A DNA stretch of 64,000 nucleotides from an uncultured Mycoplasmatota bacterium (GTDB lineage: Bacteria > Bacillota_I > Bacilli_A > RF39 > UBA660), in contig URIY01000001.1 in the NCBI GenBank assembly GCA_900547995.1, positions 2,912 to 66,911 of the forward strand. The letters run 5' to 3'. Shown piece after piece: positions 52,277 to 61,728 of the stretch. A model generated the notes under the pieces. The model saw nothing but the letters and a program-made list of their open reading frames with translations, searched no databases and had not been told where the DNA came from. Made by a program: the position numbers and the translations under genes. Numbering within the stretch: the stretch's first letter is position 1; each line of letters starts with the position of its first letter.

Positions 52277-54148
52277 ATGAATTATGAAATAATTGTTGTA
52301 GGTGGTGGACATGCGGGATGTGAAGCAAGTTTAGCAGCTTCTAGAATAGGACATAAAACATTATTAGTAACAGGCAATATTAAAAATATTGCTGATATGC
52401 CATGTAATCCATCAATAGGTGGTAGTGCTAAGGGTATCGTGGTACGTGAAATTGATGCCCTAGGTGGAGAAATGGGACGTAATGCTGATAAATCATTACT
52501 TCAAATAAAAATGCTTAATAATAAAAAAGGACCTGCAGTTCAAGCGTTGAGAGCGCAAGCCGATAAAATTACATATCCAAAGGAAATGTTAAAAACATTA
52601 AATGCAGAAAAAAATTTAGAGATTATAGAGGCATTAGTTAAAAAACTTGTGGTTGAAGATGGCAAAGTAGTCGGTGTAGAGTTAGAAGATGGCCGAATAT
52701 TTAATTCTAAATGTGTTATTTTAACTACTGGCACATATATGAAAGCCGATATTTTAGTAGGAGATACTAGAAGAAGAGAAGGACCACATGGTGAAAAACC
52801 TAGTAACTATTTAAGTGAAAATTTGGAAGAATTAGGTTTTCAAATAAAAAGATTAAAAACAGGTACTCCACAAAGAATAGAAAAATCTTCTATTAATTAT
52901 GATAATTTGAAGTTGGAGCCGGGGGATGATGATTACCTAACTTTTAGTTTTGATAACAATATTTATTATGATAAAGATAAACAAGTACCTTGTTATCTAA
53001 CTTATACAACTGAAGAAACACATAAAATAATACTTGAGAATTTACATAAATCAAGTATGTATGGAGGACTTAATGATATTAAGGGAATAGGTCCAAGATA
53101 TTGTCCTTCTATTGAAGATAAAGTTGTTCGTTTTAAAGATAAAGAAAGACATCAAATATTCTTAGAGCCAGAAAGTAATTATTATGATGATATATATATT
53201 CAAGGTTTTTCAACAAGTATGCCCCATGACATTCAAGAAAAGATGGTCCATAGTCTTCCAGGATTAGAGAATGCAAAAATACTAAAATATGCTTATGCGA
53301 TTGAATATGATGCGATATATCCAACACAACTAAAGCAATCACTTGAAACTAAATTAATAGAAAATTTATATACAGCAGGTCAAATAAATGGCACAAGTGG
53401 TTACGAAGAAGCAGCATGTCAAGGTTTAATAGCAGGTATAAATGCATCACTTAAAATAGAGAATAAAGAACCACTCATCTTAAAAAGAAATGAAGCATAT
53501 ATCGGGGTTTTAATTGATGATTTAGTGACTAAAGGAATAAGAGATCCATACCGTCTTTTAACATCAAGAGCAGAATATCGTTTATTATTAAGACATGATA
53601 ATGCTGATTTAAGACTTGGTGAAATTGGTAAAAGGGTAGGATTATTAAGTAATCAAAGATATGAAAAATTATTACAAAAGAAAAAAGATATAAATGATTT
53701 GATGAATTTATTAAAAGAAAGCAAAATTACACCAACAGAAGAAATAAATAGTAAATTAAGTAATATACCAACCAATCCTATAAAAGATGGCATAAAACTA
53801 TATGAATTATTAAAACGACCAGAAGTTAGAATGGAACATATTAAATATTTTATAGATATTCCTTATTCAGAAGAGGTTGTTAATCAAGTTGAAATAAATA
53901 TCAAATATGAAGGATATATTTTAAAAGAAGAAGTAGAAGCCGAAAAAATGTTAAAATTAGAAAATAAACCTATACCAGAAGGAATTGATTATTATAAGAT
54001 TCATAATTTAGCAAGTGAAGCCAAACAAAAATTATCAGAAGTAAGACCAACATCAATAGGACAGGCAATTAGAATAAGTGGAGTTAATCCTGCAGATATT
54101 TCAATCCTTAGTATTTATATAAAAAAGGAGTATTTTCATGAAAATTGA
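52277..54148 (+). CDS. mnmG: tRNA uridine 5-carboxymethylaminomethyl modification enzyme MnmG (GidA)
   Basis: 623 aa. FAD-binding GGGHAGCEA N-terminus and GidA family length. Confidence 0.9.
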   Translation: MNYEIIVVGGGHAGCEASLAASRIGHKTLLVTGNIKNIADMPCNPSIGGSAKGIVVREIDALGGEMGRNADKSLLQIKMLNNKKGPAVQALRAQADKITYPKEMLKTLNAEKNLEIIEALVKKLVVEDGKVVGVELEDGRIFNSKCVILTTGTYMKADILVGDTRRREGPHGEKPSNYLSENLEELGFQIKRLKTGTPQRIEKSSINYDNLKLEPGDDDYLTFSFDNNIYYDKDKQVPCYLTYTTEETHKIILENLHKSSMYGGLNDIKGIGPRYCPSIEDKVVRFKDKERHQIFLEPESNYYDDIYIQGFSTSMPHDIQEKMVHSLPGLENAKILKYAYAIEYDAIYPTQLKQSLETKLIENLYTAGQINGTSGYEEAACQGLIAGINASLKIENKEPLILKRNEAYIGVLIDDLVTKGIRDPYRLLTSRAEYRLLLRHDNADLRLGEIGKRVGLLSNQRYEKLLQKKKDINDLMNLLKESKITPTEEINSKLSNIPTNPIKDGIKLYELLKRPEVRMEHIKYFIDIPYSEEVVNQVEINIKYEGYILKEEVEAEKMLKLENKPIPEGIDYYKIHNLASEAKQKLSEVRPTSIGQAIRISGVNPADISILSIYIKKEYFHEN

Positions 54149-54842
54149 TGAATTTATAGAATCATTACGTAAACTTAATATAGATATAACAAGTAGGCAA
54201 TTGGAACAATTGGAAGAGTATTATAATTTATTAGTAGAATGGAATGAAAAGATTAATTTAACCAGAATTACCCTTAAAGATGATGTTTATCTAAAACATT
54301 TTTATGATAGTGCTACCATAGTAAAAGTAATTGATTTAAATAAAGTTGATACTTTTTGTGATTTTGGCACAGGAGCAGGTTTTCCTGGTATTGTTATAAA
54401 AATATTATTTCCCCATTTAAATGTTACTTTAGTTGATTCTTTAAATAAGAGAATTAATTTTCTAAATATTGTAATTGAAAAATTAAAATTAGAAAAAATT
54501 GTTGCTATTCATTCAAGAATAGAAGATTTTGCTAGAACACATCGTGAAAAATTTGATTTAGTAACAGCACGAGCCGTAGCCTCTCTTCCAGTACTGTTAG
54601 AATATGCAACAGGTATAATAAAGAAGGATAAATATTTTGTTGCTATGAAAGCAAGTATTGACGAGGAATTAGAACAAAGTATTAATGCCCAAAAAACATT
54701 AAAAATTAAACTTATAGATAAGAATAGTTTTTTACTTCCAAAAGAAAACAGTGTAAGAAATATTTTACTATTTCAAAAGCAAGAAAGAACTAATTTAAAA
54801 TATCCAAGAAATCCTTCAGAAATAAAGAAGAAACCATTATAA
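54138..54842 (+). CDS. rsmG: 16S rRNA (guanine527-N7)-methyltransferase RsmG (GidB)
   Basis: 234 aa. SAM motif DFGTGAGFPGI; follows mnmG. Confidence 0.85.
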   Translation: MKIDEFIESLRKLNIDITSRQLEQLEEYYNLLVEWNEKINLTRITLKDDVYLKHFYDSATIVKVIDLNKVDTFCDFGTGAGFPGIVIKILFPHLNVTLVDSLNKRINFLNIVIEKLKLEKIVAIHSRIEDFARTHREKFDLVTARAVASLPVLLEYATGIIKKDKYFVAMKASIDEELEQSINAQKTLKIKLIDKNSFLLPKENSVRNILLFQKQERTNLKYPRNPSEIKKKPL

Positions 54843-54941
54843 AGTTTCTTTTTTTCATTTTGGGAAATAATTTATTGAATTATTTCCCAAAGTGTAGTAT
54901 TATATAGATAAGAATAAAAAGAGTGTAGGAGGCTAGTTATA

Positions 54942-56795
54942 ATGAAAGATAATAGGCAAGTAGTAGTATTAAATTTAGATGATATTCTACCTAATCGTTT
55001 TCAGCCACGTATTAAATTTGATGAAAAGGCTATTGTAGAATTATCAGAATCAATAAAAGAACATGGTGTTATTCAACCAATCATTGTTAGAAAAATAGAT
55101 GATAAATTTGAAATAATTGCTGGTGAAAGAAGATATAAGGCTAGTGTTATGGCTGGTAAAACAACTATTCCAGCTATTGTTGTTGATTTAAATGATAAAG
55201 AAAGTTCGGAAATTGCTTTAATTGAAAATGTACAAAGAAAAGATTTAACTCCAATAGAAGAGGCTATCTCATATCGAAAAATATTTGATATGGGAAATAT
55301 TACTCAAGAGGAATTAGCAGCCAAACTTGGTGTGTCACAATCAACTATTGCTAATAAAATGCGTCTTTTAAATCTTGATGATGAAGTTCAGGATGCACTA
55401 TTAGATGAAAAAATTTCAGAAAGACATGCAAGATCATTATTAAAGTTATCTAAAATGTCAGAACAAAGAGAAATGTTAAAAAGAATAATAACTGAAAGAC
55501 TAACTGTTAGAAGAACAGACGAAGAAATTGAAAAGATAATAAAGGGGAATAATATGAATATAATGGATAGTTTTAATAATAAAGTTGAAGAACCAATTCA
55601 AAATAATATAAATAATAACGAAGGTAATAATAATCCATTTAATATAAATGTGGATTCTAATCAAGCAGTAACTAACACAAGTACAGAAAATTATAATAGT
55701 AATGTTAATAATATAGAAGTATTTGATTTTGCTGATTTTGGAGATAATAATCAAACTGTAAGTCAACCAATAAATAATGTACAAGATATTAACATGCCAC
55801 AATCTCCAATTTTTGAAGATAATAATACATCATCATTTGTACCAAATGAAATTCCAAATGATTTTGTAATGAATAATACAGGTATGGGAAATGATAATTT
55901 TACTAATAATGTTAATCAAAATGTTACTAATAATGTTATGCCTCAAATGCCAATTGTAGATGATACAATTCCAGATATAACAAAACAAGATACTGTTGCT
56001 AATCCTTTTGTTGAAACTCAAGATGTAGTATCTCAAGGTAGTGCAAATGAACAAGAATTTAGTATGCCACAGGCACCAATTATACAAGATAATGAATTCC
56101 AAAAAGTTGTTAATGATGATGATGATAATGATAAAACTATAACTATGGAGCCAATTAATATTAATAATCAAAATACGGAGTTTAATGAATTTACAAATAA
56201 TCAAGTCCCAACTACTAATTCTTTAGATAATGAAAATGATATACAAGATGAGCCTGAAATTAAACAAGGAAGATTTTTCAATATTTTATCTAATGATGTA
56301 GATGATGAAACATCAACAAATAACCAAGAAGAAATGTCATTTAATGGCTTTAATAATCAAATGACTGATAATAATATAAATAATGCAAATGATAATTTAC
56401 CTAATAATGAATATATGGTTAATCAAGAAGAAACTAATAATAATATTTTTAATTCTTTTGGTAATTTTGGTTCAATCGATAAACAAGTTAATAATCAAGT
56501 AAATGATATACCAAATCAAGTAAATTTTGATAATAATATCCCAAATAATACATTTAATTATAATTCAACACCAGTTGAGCCAGTATATGATGATGTTAAT
56601 GAAGAACCTGAAAATAATTATAATAATAATGTAAATAATGCCGAAACAGTAGTTGCAGAACCAACTTTAAAAGATATAATATCTATGATAAGAAAGTGTG
56701 CAGATGATATAGAAAAACAAGGATTTGAGTTAGATTCTGAAGAATTTGATTTCCAAGATATATATCAAGTAATATTTAAAATAAAGAAAAAATAA
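54942..56795 (+). CDS. noc: ParB-family nucleoid occlusion protein Noc-like, with ~400-aa Asn/Gln-rich low-complexity C-terminal extension
   Basis: N-terminal ~200 aa with ParB motifs (FQPRIKFDE..., GERRYKASVMAG) and HTH (SQSTIANKMRLL); canonical position after rsmG. Residues ~210-617 are N/Q/D-rich and compositionally biased. Confidence 0.65.
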   Translation: MKDNRQVVVLNLDDILPNRFQPRIKFDEKAIVELSESIKEHGVIQPIIVRKIDDKFEIIAGERRYKASVMAGKTTIPAIVVDLNDKESSEIALIENVQRKDLTPIEEAISYRKIFDMGNITQEELAAKLGVSQSTIANKMRLLNLDDEVQDALLDEKISERHARSLLKLSKMSEQREMLKRIITERLTVRRTDEEIEKIIKGNNMNIMDSFNNKVEEPIQNNINNNEGNNNPFNINVDSNQAVTNTSTENYNSNVNNIEVFDFADFGDNNQTVSQPINNVQDINMPQSPIFEDNNTSSFVPNEIPNDFVMNNTGMGNDNFTNNVNQNVTNNVMPQMPIVDDTIPDITKQDTVANPFVETQDVVSQGSANEQEFSMPQAPIIQDNEFQKVVNDDDDNDKTITMEPININNQNTEFNEFTNNQVPTTNSLDNENDIQDEPEIKQGRFFNILSNDVDDETSTNNQEEMSFNGFNNQMTDNNINNANDNLPNNEYMVNQEETNNNIFNSFGNFGSIDKQVNNQVNDIPNQVNFDNNIPNNTFNYNSTPVEPVYDDVNEEPENNYNNNVNNAETVVAEPTLKDIISMIRKCADDIEKQGFELDSEEFDFQDIYQVIFKIKKK

Positions 56796-56942
56796 GAAAG
56801 AAAATTTTCTTATTTTTTTTATATACTAGGAAAGTTCTTTTAAATTTTTTTAGCAAGAATTTATATACTTATAGTTAATAAATATAATTGTGCAACGCAA
56901 AAATTCGGCTATTAAATCCGTTTTTAAAAATTATTGTTAATT

Positions 56943-57170
56943 TTAATAATCTACTTCAACACTAACAGGGTTCATTCTTATTTTACAATTTTCACACATG
57001 AATAATTGGTTATTTTTAAATGTTTCTTGTGTCATTTTTTTAAATTCAACTCTATATACAAGTCTTTCAAACCCACATGTATCACATTTAAATTTAATTG
57101 CCATTATAATATCTTCTTTGTTTCTTTTAAGTTTTCTAGTCATCGAACTCATATTTATATCCTCCTTCAA
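56943..57170 (-). CDS. small zinc-ribbon protein (75 aa), translationally coupled downstream of the IS91-family transposase
   Basis: CDTCG...CENCK pair of CxxC motifs; ATGA overlap with the transposase stop. Confidence 0.3.
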   Translation of the reverse strand: MKEDINMSSMTRKLKRNKEDIIMAIKFKCDTCGFERLVYRVEFKKMTQETFKNNQLFMCENCKIRMNPVSVEVDY

Positions 57171-58411
57171 GTTACATCAAAACATAGTTTCATTAATGAA
57201 CCACATTTTGGACATTTAATAGGAATCCTATTAAATGATGTCAAAATTGAGTTTTTCCATTTAAGCATAGATCTCATAAAAGGAATTTTTTCTTTTTTTA
57301 TAATTGTAATTAGTTTATCACATAATTTGTTTGATTTATTATAAAAACCATAATATCGTATAGATTTATAATTTGAGGGAAGTAGATGCCTTAATAATTT
57401 CGTAATAAATGATTCTGCTGATTCAGTTATTTCATGATATTCTTCGTGTGTATGATCTGAATAAAACCATGTAACATTTTCTCCATCATATTTTAATATT
57501 CTTGATTCAGCAATAACTGGTCTAGAACAATATCTAGTTACATATCTAATTAATTCTTCAATTGAATTAAACTTATATCCATCATCTTCTAGTTTATTAT
57601 TAACATAGAATCCATTTTTATATTTTAAATCCATTTTGTTTTTAGTGTCTTCAAATGATTTTTTTCCAAAATGTTTTTGCATGTTATCCAATAATATTTT
57701 CATAAATCTTTTTGAAAGAGCATCATAATTGAAATAATTATATTTCTTAAAATTATGATTTTTGTCAATTAATCCTTCAGCAATAATAACATGAATATGT
57801 GGATTAAAATTAAGTGGTCTACCAAATGTATGAAGAAAAGCAAAGAAACCTGGCATTAATTTATATTTATATTTCTTTTTTACTTTCCCGTTAACAATAG
57901 AATAAAGAGTTTTACAAACTGAATCAAATAAAATATCATTAGTAAGAAGGTCGTCAAAGAACCACATGTTTAAATCGTTAGGTATTGTAAATGTAATATG
58001 CCTATGTTTTGTATTAATACATTTTTCCAAAATATTTTGAGTTTTGATTTTTTGAGATTTAATACCACATGAAGAACATAATCTACCTTTACATGTATGA
58101 TGAGAAAAGATAACTTCATCATCTTCAGGACAAACATATACGGAAGCACCGAGATTGTGATTAGCACAGTTAATTATTTTATGTACTTCTTTATCAGCAT
58201 TATTTCGTTTTAAATCAATAGTATTTTTATATTTAGAGTAATACGCATCCCAATGGTCTTCAAATATTTTAGCAATTATACCAGTGGATTTATGGTTTGA
58301 ATTGTTTTCCATAATGATATAGCCATCTTCATCAAATCTATTTTCATCAAAAATATGTTTTTTTGCCCAAGTATTAAAATTATTTATATCTAAATGCTTC
58401 ATATCTATCAC
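57167..58411 (-). CDS. tnpA: IS91-family (HUH Y2, rolling-circle) transposase
   Basis: 414 aa. N-terminal zinc-binding region (HHTCKGRLCSSCG), HUH motif (...FLHTFGRPLNFNPHIHVIIAEGLI...) and the two-tyrosine motif (IRYVTRYCSRPVIAE), plus a C-terminal CPKCG zinc ribbon. Confidence 0.65.
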   Translation of the reverse strand: MIDMKHLDINNFNTWAKKHIFDENRFDEDGYIIMENNSNHKSTGIIAKIFEDHWDAYYSKYKNTIDLKRNNADKEVHKIINCANHNLGASVYVCPEDDEVIFSHHTCKGRLCSSCGIKSQKIKTQNILEKCINTKHRHITFTIPNDLNMWFFDDLLTNDILFDSVCKTLYSIVNGKVKKKYKYKLMPGFFAFLHTFGRPLNFNPHIHVIIAEGLIDKNHNFKKYNYFNYDALSKRFMKILLDNMQKHFGKKSFEDTKNKMDLKYKNGFYVNNKLEDDGYKFNSIEELIRYVTRYCSRPVIAESRILKYDGENVTWFYSDHTHEEYHEITESAESFITKLLRHLLPSNYKSIRYYGFYNKSNKLCDKLITIIKKEKIPFMRSMLKWKNSILTSFNRIPIKCPKCGSLMKLCFDVT

Positions 58412-58431
58412 AAATTAATTATAACAAAAAA

Positions 58432-58446
58432 TGTCCCCAAAGGGGA
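58432..58446. terminator. GC-rich hairpin GTCCCC-AAA-GGGGAC; likely terminator of the 575-aa gene and/or IS91 end structure
   Basis: Perfect 6-bp GC stem in AT-rich context. On the minus strand it is followed by ATTTTTTGTT, directly downstream of the stop at 58481. Confidence 0.45.
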
Positions 58447-58480
58447 CGGATAACAAAATTTATTTTGTTATTTTTTTATA

Positions 58481-60208
58481 TTATCGTGGTCTTCTCATAT
58501 CATCTCTTGTCATCATATTAGCATTTTGCGTATTTCCAACTTTTGTAATAATACCTGAAATAGTAAATGCATCATATTTTTCATCATCAATATATATTGT
58601 ATAATCACCATTACTTAATTTATCATTTGATATAACAAGATTAGTATAAGATTTATCTGCTTTATAGTTTATAATTTCCTCATCACTACTATTTTTAATC
58701 GTAACTATCTTATCACTTGTAATTGTTTGATTAAAGTTGATCATTACAGAGTTAACGCTTGAATCTTCTCCTGGCATTTGAGCCATTCCTGATGAGCCAG
58801 ATGCAATAAGTGATCCATCAGTAATTTCCAAAACTCCATCATAGTCTAGTGCACCATTTCCATTGTCAGTAGGGCCATATATAATAGTGTTACCACCATT
58901 TATATAAATGTTTCCATTTGCATCTAATCCATCGCCACTTGCATTAACAACAATATTACCACCATTTATTTTAAGTGTACCTGTAGTGCCCGAAAAATTA
59001 TTACTACCAGGTCTATCATATGAAGAGCCATCTCCACCAGCAACATTAATACCATCATCACTTGAATTAATATTAATATTACCACCATTAATATTAATAA
59101 CGGTTGCTTCAACACCTTCATAACTTTTATTTATATCAATATCACCATCATTAATAGTTAAATTATTATCTGCATGTATTCCATCATCACCTGAAGAAAT
59201 AACGAATTTTCCATTTTTAATGATTATTTCGTCATTACTATGGATGCTGTCATCTGACGAATTAATATTAAATTCACCATTATCAATAACAATTGATTCT
59301 TCAGCCTTTAATCCCTTGGCACTTTTATTATCATCGTTACTACCCCAAGAACCCCACTTAGAATTATCTTTACTACTATTTTGACTACCATTTCCAGATG
59401 TAATATCAAAAGTACCATTTTCTATATATAAAATAGTTTCTGCTTGTATACCATCAGTTTCACTATTAATTTTATAAGTTCCACCTTTAATAGTAATAAA
59501 GCCTTGAGTTTCATCACTATCATTAGTAGATTTTATTCCATCACCACTAGATGTAATATCAATTGTCGTATTTTCAAGATAAACATAATCTTTTCCTTTA
59601 ATACCGGTGTTAATACTAATAACTTTAATATCAGTATTTATAATTTTTAAACCATCTTTACTAACAATACCATTTTGATAATTTCCGTTTATAATTAATT
59701 TTCCATCACCATTTATAACTAAGTCATCCTTACTATATATTGTTGCATCAGTGTCATCACTTGTATAATTATCCTTATCTGAAATATTATTTTCACCTAA
59801 TACTGTAATAATTACCTTTTTAGCCTTTTTAACGTATATAGGACTATAATCATATGTTAAGTTTGCACTATCAAGAATTAAATGAACAATATCATTATCA
59901 TCAGCGTCAATAATAATTTGTGCATTTCCTGTACCACTTATATAATAATCACCATTATTTGTAATAGTAAATATATTATTATTTTTTTGAATACTATTTG
60001 TACAAGTCAAATTATCTAAATCTATATTATTATTTTTGTTATAACTTGTATCATAATCATCATCTATGGTAATATTATTACTTTCATTTGTTTTTTTATC
60101 ATCAATATCAATATTTTCTTTATTCAAATAATCACTGAATATATAAATAATTATTCCTATAATTAATACAATAGGTATAAATTTAATTAAATGTTTCAAG
60201 TTCATCAC
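58481..60208 (-). CDS. membrane-anchored beta-helix repeat protein, Cthe_2159-like carbohydrate-binding domain family
   Basis: 575 aa. N-terminal TM anchor, then many degenerate repeats of the type I-x-I-x-S-x-G-D-G-I-x-(S/A) (IDITSSGDGIKS, INSETDGIQA, ISSGDDGIHA, NSSDDGINVA, NASGDGLDA) typical of parallel beta-helix proteins. Confidence 0.5.
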   Translation of the reverse strand: MMNLKHLIKFIPIVLIIGIIIYIFSDYLNKENIDIDDKKTNESNNITIDDDYDTSYNKNNNIDLDNLTCTNSIQKNNNIFTITNNGDYYISGTGNAQIIIDADDNDIVHLILDSANLTYDYSPIYVKKAKKVIITVLGENNISDKDNYTSDDTDATIYSKDDLVINGDGKLIINGNYQNGIVSKDGLKIINTDIKVISINTGIKGKDYVYLENTTIDITSSGDGIKSTNDSDETQGFITIKGGTYKINSETDGIQAETILYIENGTFDITSGNGSQNSSKDNSKWGSWGSNDDNKSAKGLKAEESIVIDNGEFNINSSDDSIHSNDEIIIKNGKFVISSGDDGIHADNNLTINDGDIDINKSYEGVEATVININGGNININSSDDGINVAGGDGSSYDRPGSNNFSGTTGTLKINGGNIVVNASGDGLDANGNIYINGGNTIIYGPTDNGNGALDYDGVLEITDGSLIASGSSGMAQMPGEDSSVNSVMINFNQTITSDKIVTIKNSSDEEIINYKADKSYTNLVISNDKLSNGDYTIYIDDEKYDAFTISGIITKVGNTQNANMMTRDDMRRPR

Positions 60209-60880
60209 CTATAATTCATTTTCTGTAGATACTCTACCTAAATTAACAGTTAAATTACCGTTTCGCGTTCTAATTTCATCAATAAAGTCTTTTTCATTTA
60301 TATTATTTTTTAAACTTATATTATAAGATAATTCAAACATACTACCCATATTTGTTGTTTTAACTTTATTAAGTTCTATATTATTGGTATATTTATCAAA
60401 AATATCATCAAATATATTTGTATAATCTAAATTTTCAGGTATAGTTACTTTTAAACTTTTTTCATTATTCTTTTTCATACCAAAACTACTTTTTTGTAAT
60501 ATTATAAGTGCTAAACTTGTAATTAATGTAAATACAAAAGCATACATAATATGTCCCATACCAACTGCAAGACCAATCGCCATTGCAAAAAAGATACTTA
60601 CAAGTTCTCTAGAGTTACCTTGCATTGATCTAAATCTAATTAAACTAAATGAACCTAAAATCGCAATTGATGTACCAAGATTACCATTAACCATCATAAT
60701 AACAACTTGAACTAAAAGGGGAAGAACGGCAATTGTAATTGCAAAATTCTTACTACACTTTGTACTATACATATGTACAAGAGCAATTATAATTCCAAAT
60801 ATAAGGGCTGCTCCCATACAAATAAGAGCTGTACTAATTGAAAGTGTACCACTGTTACTTTCTAAAATACTATTAAACAT
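60209..60880 (-). CDS. DUF4956-like membrane protein
   Basis: 223 aa, 4-5 TM segments with charged C-terminal domain; overlaps the upstream VTC gene by 8 nt. Confidence 0.45.
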   Translation of the reverse strand: MFNSILESNSGTLSISTALICMGAALIFGIIIALVHMYSTKCSKNFAITIAVLPLLVQVVIMMVNGNLGTSIAILGSFSLIRFRSMQGNSRELVSIFFAMAIGLAVGMGHIMYAFVFTLITSLALIILQKSSFGMKKNNEKSLKVTIPENLDYTNIFDDIFDKYTNNIELNKVKTTNMGSMFELSYNISLKNNINEKDFIDEIRTRNGNLTVNLGRVSTENEL

Positions 60881-61598
60881 TAATTATTCCTTCTTTCATC
60901 ATTTTTTTATAAACATTTCCATATTTAGAAAAGGTTTTAGGAAAAATATTATTATTTGATAAACACTCTACTAACCATCTAGGATATCCATTTAAACTTT
61001 TAATTTCCATTAGATAGTATTTTTCATCACTTAATAATTCTCCTTTATCACCATGTTCTAATTTTAAATCATAATTTCTACTTCTAATATTATTATCAAT
61101 TGTAATTCTTAAATTTTTATCTTGCTTAGCAATGTATGCTTTTCTATCATATGCAAGAAAGACTTTTGGTTTTAAATTATAATGTTTAATCATATAAATA
61201 ATTTCTTTACTTATCTGGGAATCTTTATTAGAAATCTTTTCCATATTTATATATTTATAATAATCTTTAAGGGATAAAGTAATTCTTCTTTTATTAACAA
61301 TACTATTGTATTTTTTCTTTATTTCAAAGAAAACTTCATCATCAAGACTAGGTACATTATAACTTCTTAATCTAAGTTTTTCTTTATATATAGGTTTCTC
61401 AATGGAAGTTCTTACTAACTCATAATCATCAGTATCAAAATATATATTACAAATAGTTGATTTATAAAACTTATCATGATTCATATATTCATTTATTAGA
61501 ATCATTAAATTATGATATTGTTCTTCATTAAGAAGATATTTTTTTTCTACTCTATTAAATATTTCATTTGCCATATTTTTTCCTTTCCACAGTCTCAT
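60873..61598 (-). CDS. VTC-domain (polyphosphate-polymerase-like) protein
   Basis: 241 aa. ...NRVEKKYLL... N-terminus and basic/tyrosine-rich pattern resembling the bacterial VTC-domain family. Confidence 0.5.
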   Translation of the reverse strand: MRLWKGKNMANEIFNRVEKKYLLNEEQYHNLMILINEYMNHDKFYKSTICNIYFDTDDYELVRTSIEKPIYKEKLRLRSYNVPSLDDEVFFEIKKKYNSIVNKRRITLSLKDYYKYINMEKISNKDSQISKEIIYMIKHYNLKPKVFLAYDRKAYIAKQDKNLRITIDNNIRSRNYDLKLEHGDKGELLSDEKYYLMEIKSLNGYPRWLVECLSNNNIFPKTFSKYGNVYKKMMKEGIINV

Positions 61599-61728
61599 TA
61601 TATTTCTTTAATTTGTAAAAATTATCATTAAATTATGTGAAATCGTTGTAAAATATGTACTTTTAATGTCTAATGTAATTATCAAATCATTGCTTTATGA
61701 ATATTTTAATATTAAGGAAAGTGATAAA

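Noticed and set aside
54859-54891. Hairpin after rsmG as a simple rho-independent terminator
   Set aside because: No U-tract follows on the plus strand (and an A/G-rich run on the minus strand), so it is kept as a candidate regulatory structure instead.
55500-56204. Two minus-strand ORFs (100 and 123 aa) rich in Ile/Tyr/Trp
   Set aside because: Antisense to the Asn/Gln-rich low-complexity tail of the Noc-like gene; composition artefact.
55560-56660. Possible DNA-level tandem repeat or satellite in the noc 3' half
   Set aside because: The repetitiveness is at the amino-acid composition level (AAT/CAA codons) inside a continuous ORF, not a periodic DNA repeat.
56806-56830. AAGAAAATTTTCTT + T-run as terminator of noc
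   Set aside because: Stem is entirely A/T and very weak; not confidently an intrinsic terminator.
56998-57344. Plus-strand ORFs 56998..57219 and 57006..57344
   Set aside because: Antisense to the small zinc-ribbon ORF and the 3' end of the IS91-family transposase gene.
58900-59700. Repetitive DNA inside the 575-aa gene considered as a possible CRISPR-like or tandem-repeat array
   Set aside because: Repeats are degenerate, in-frame and encode beta-helix coils (xGDGIx); there are no direct repeats with unique spacers.
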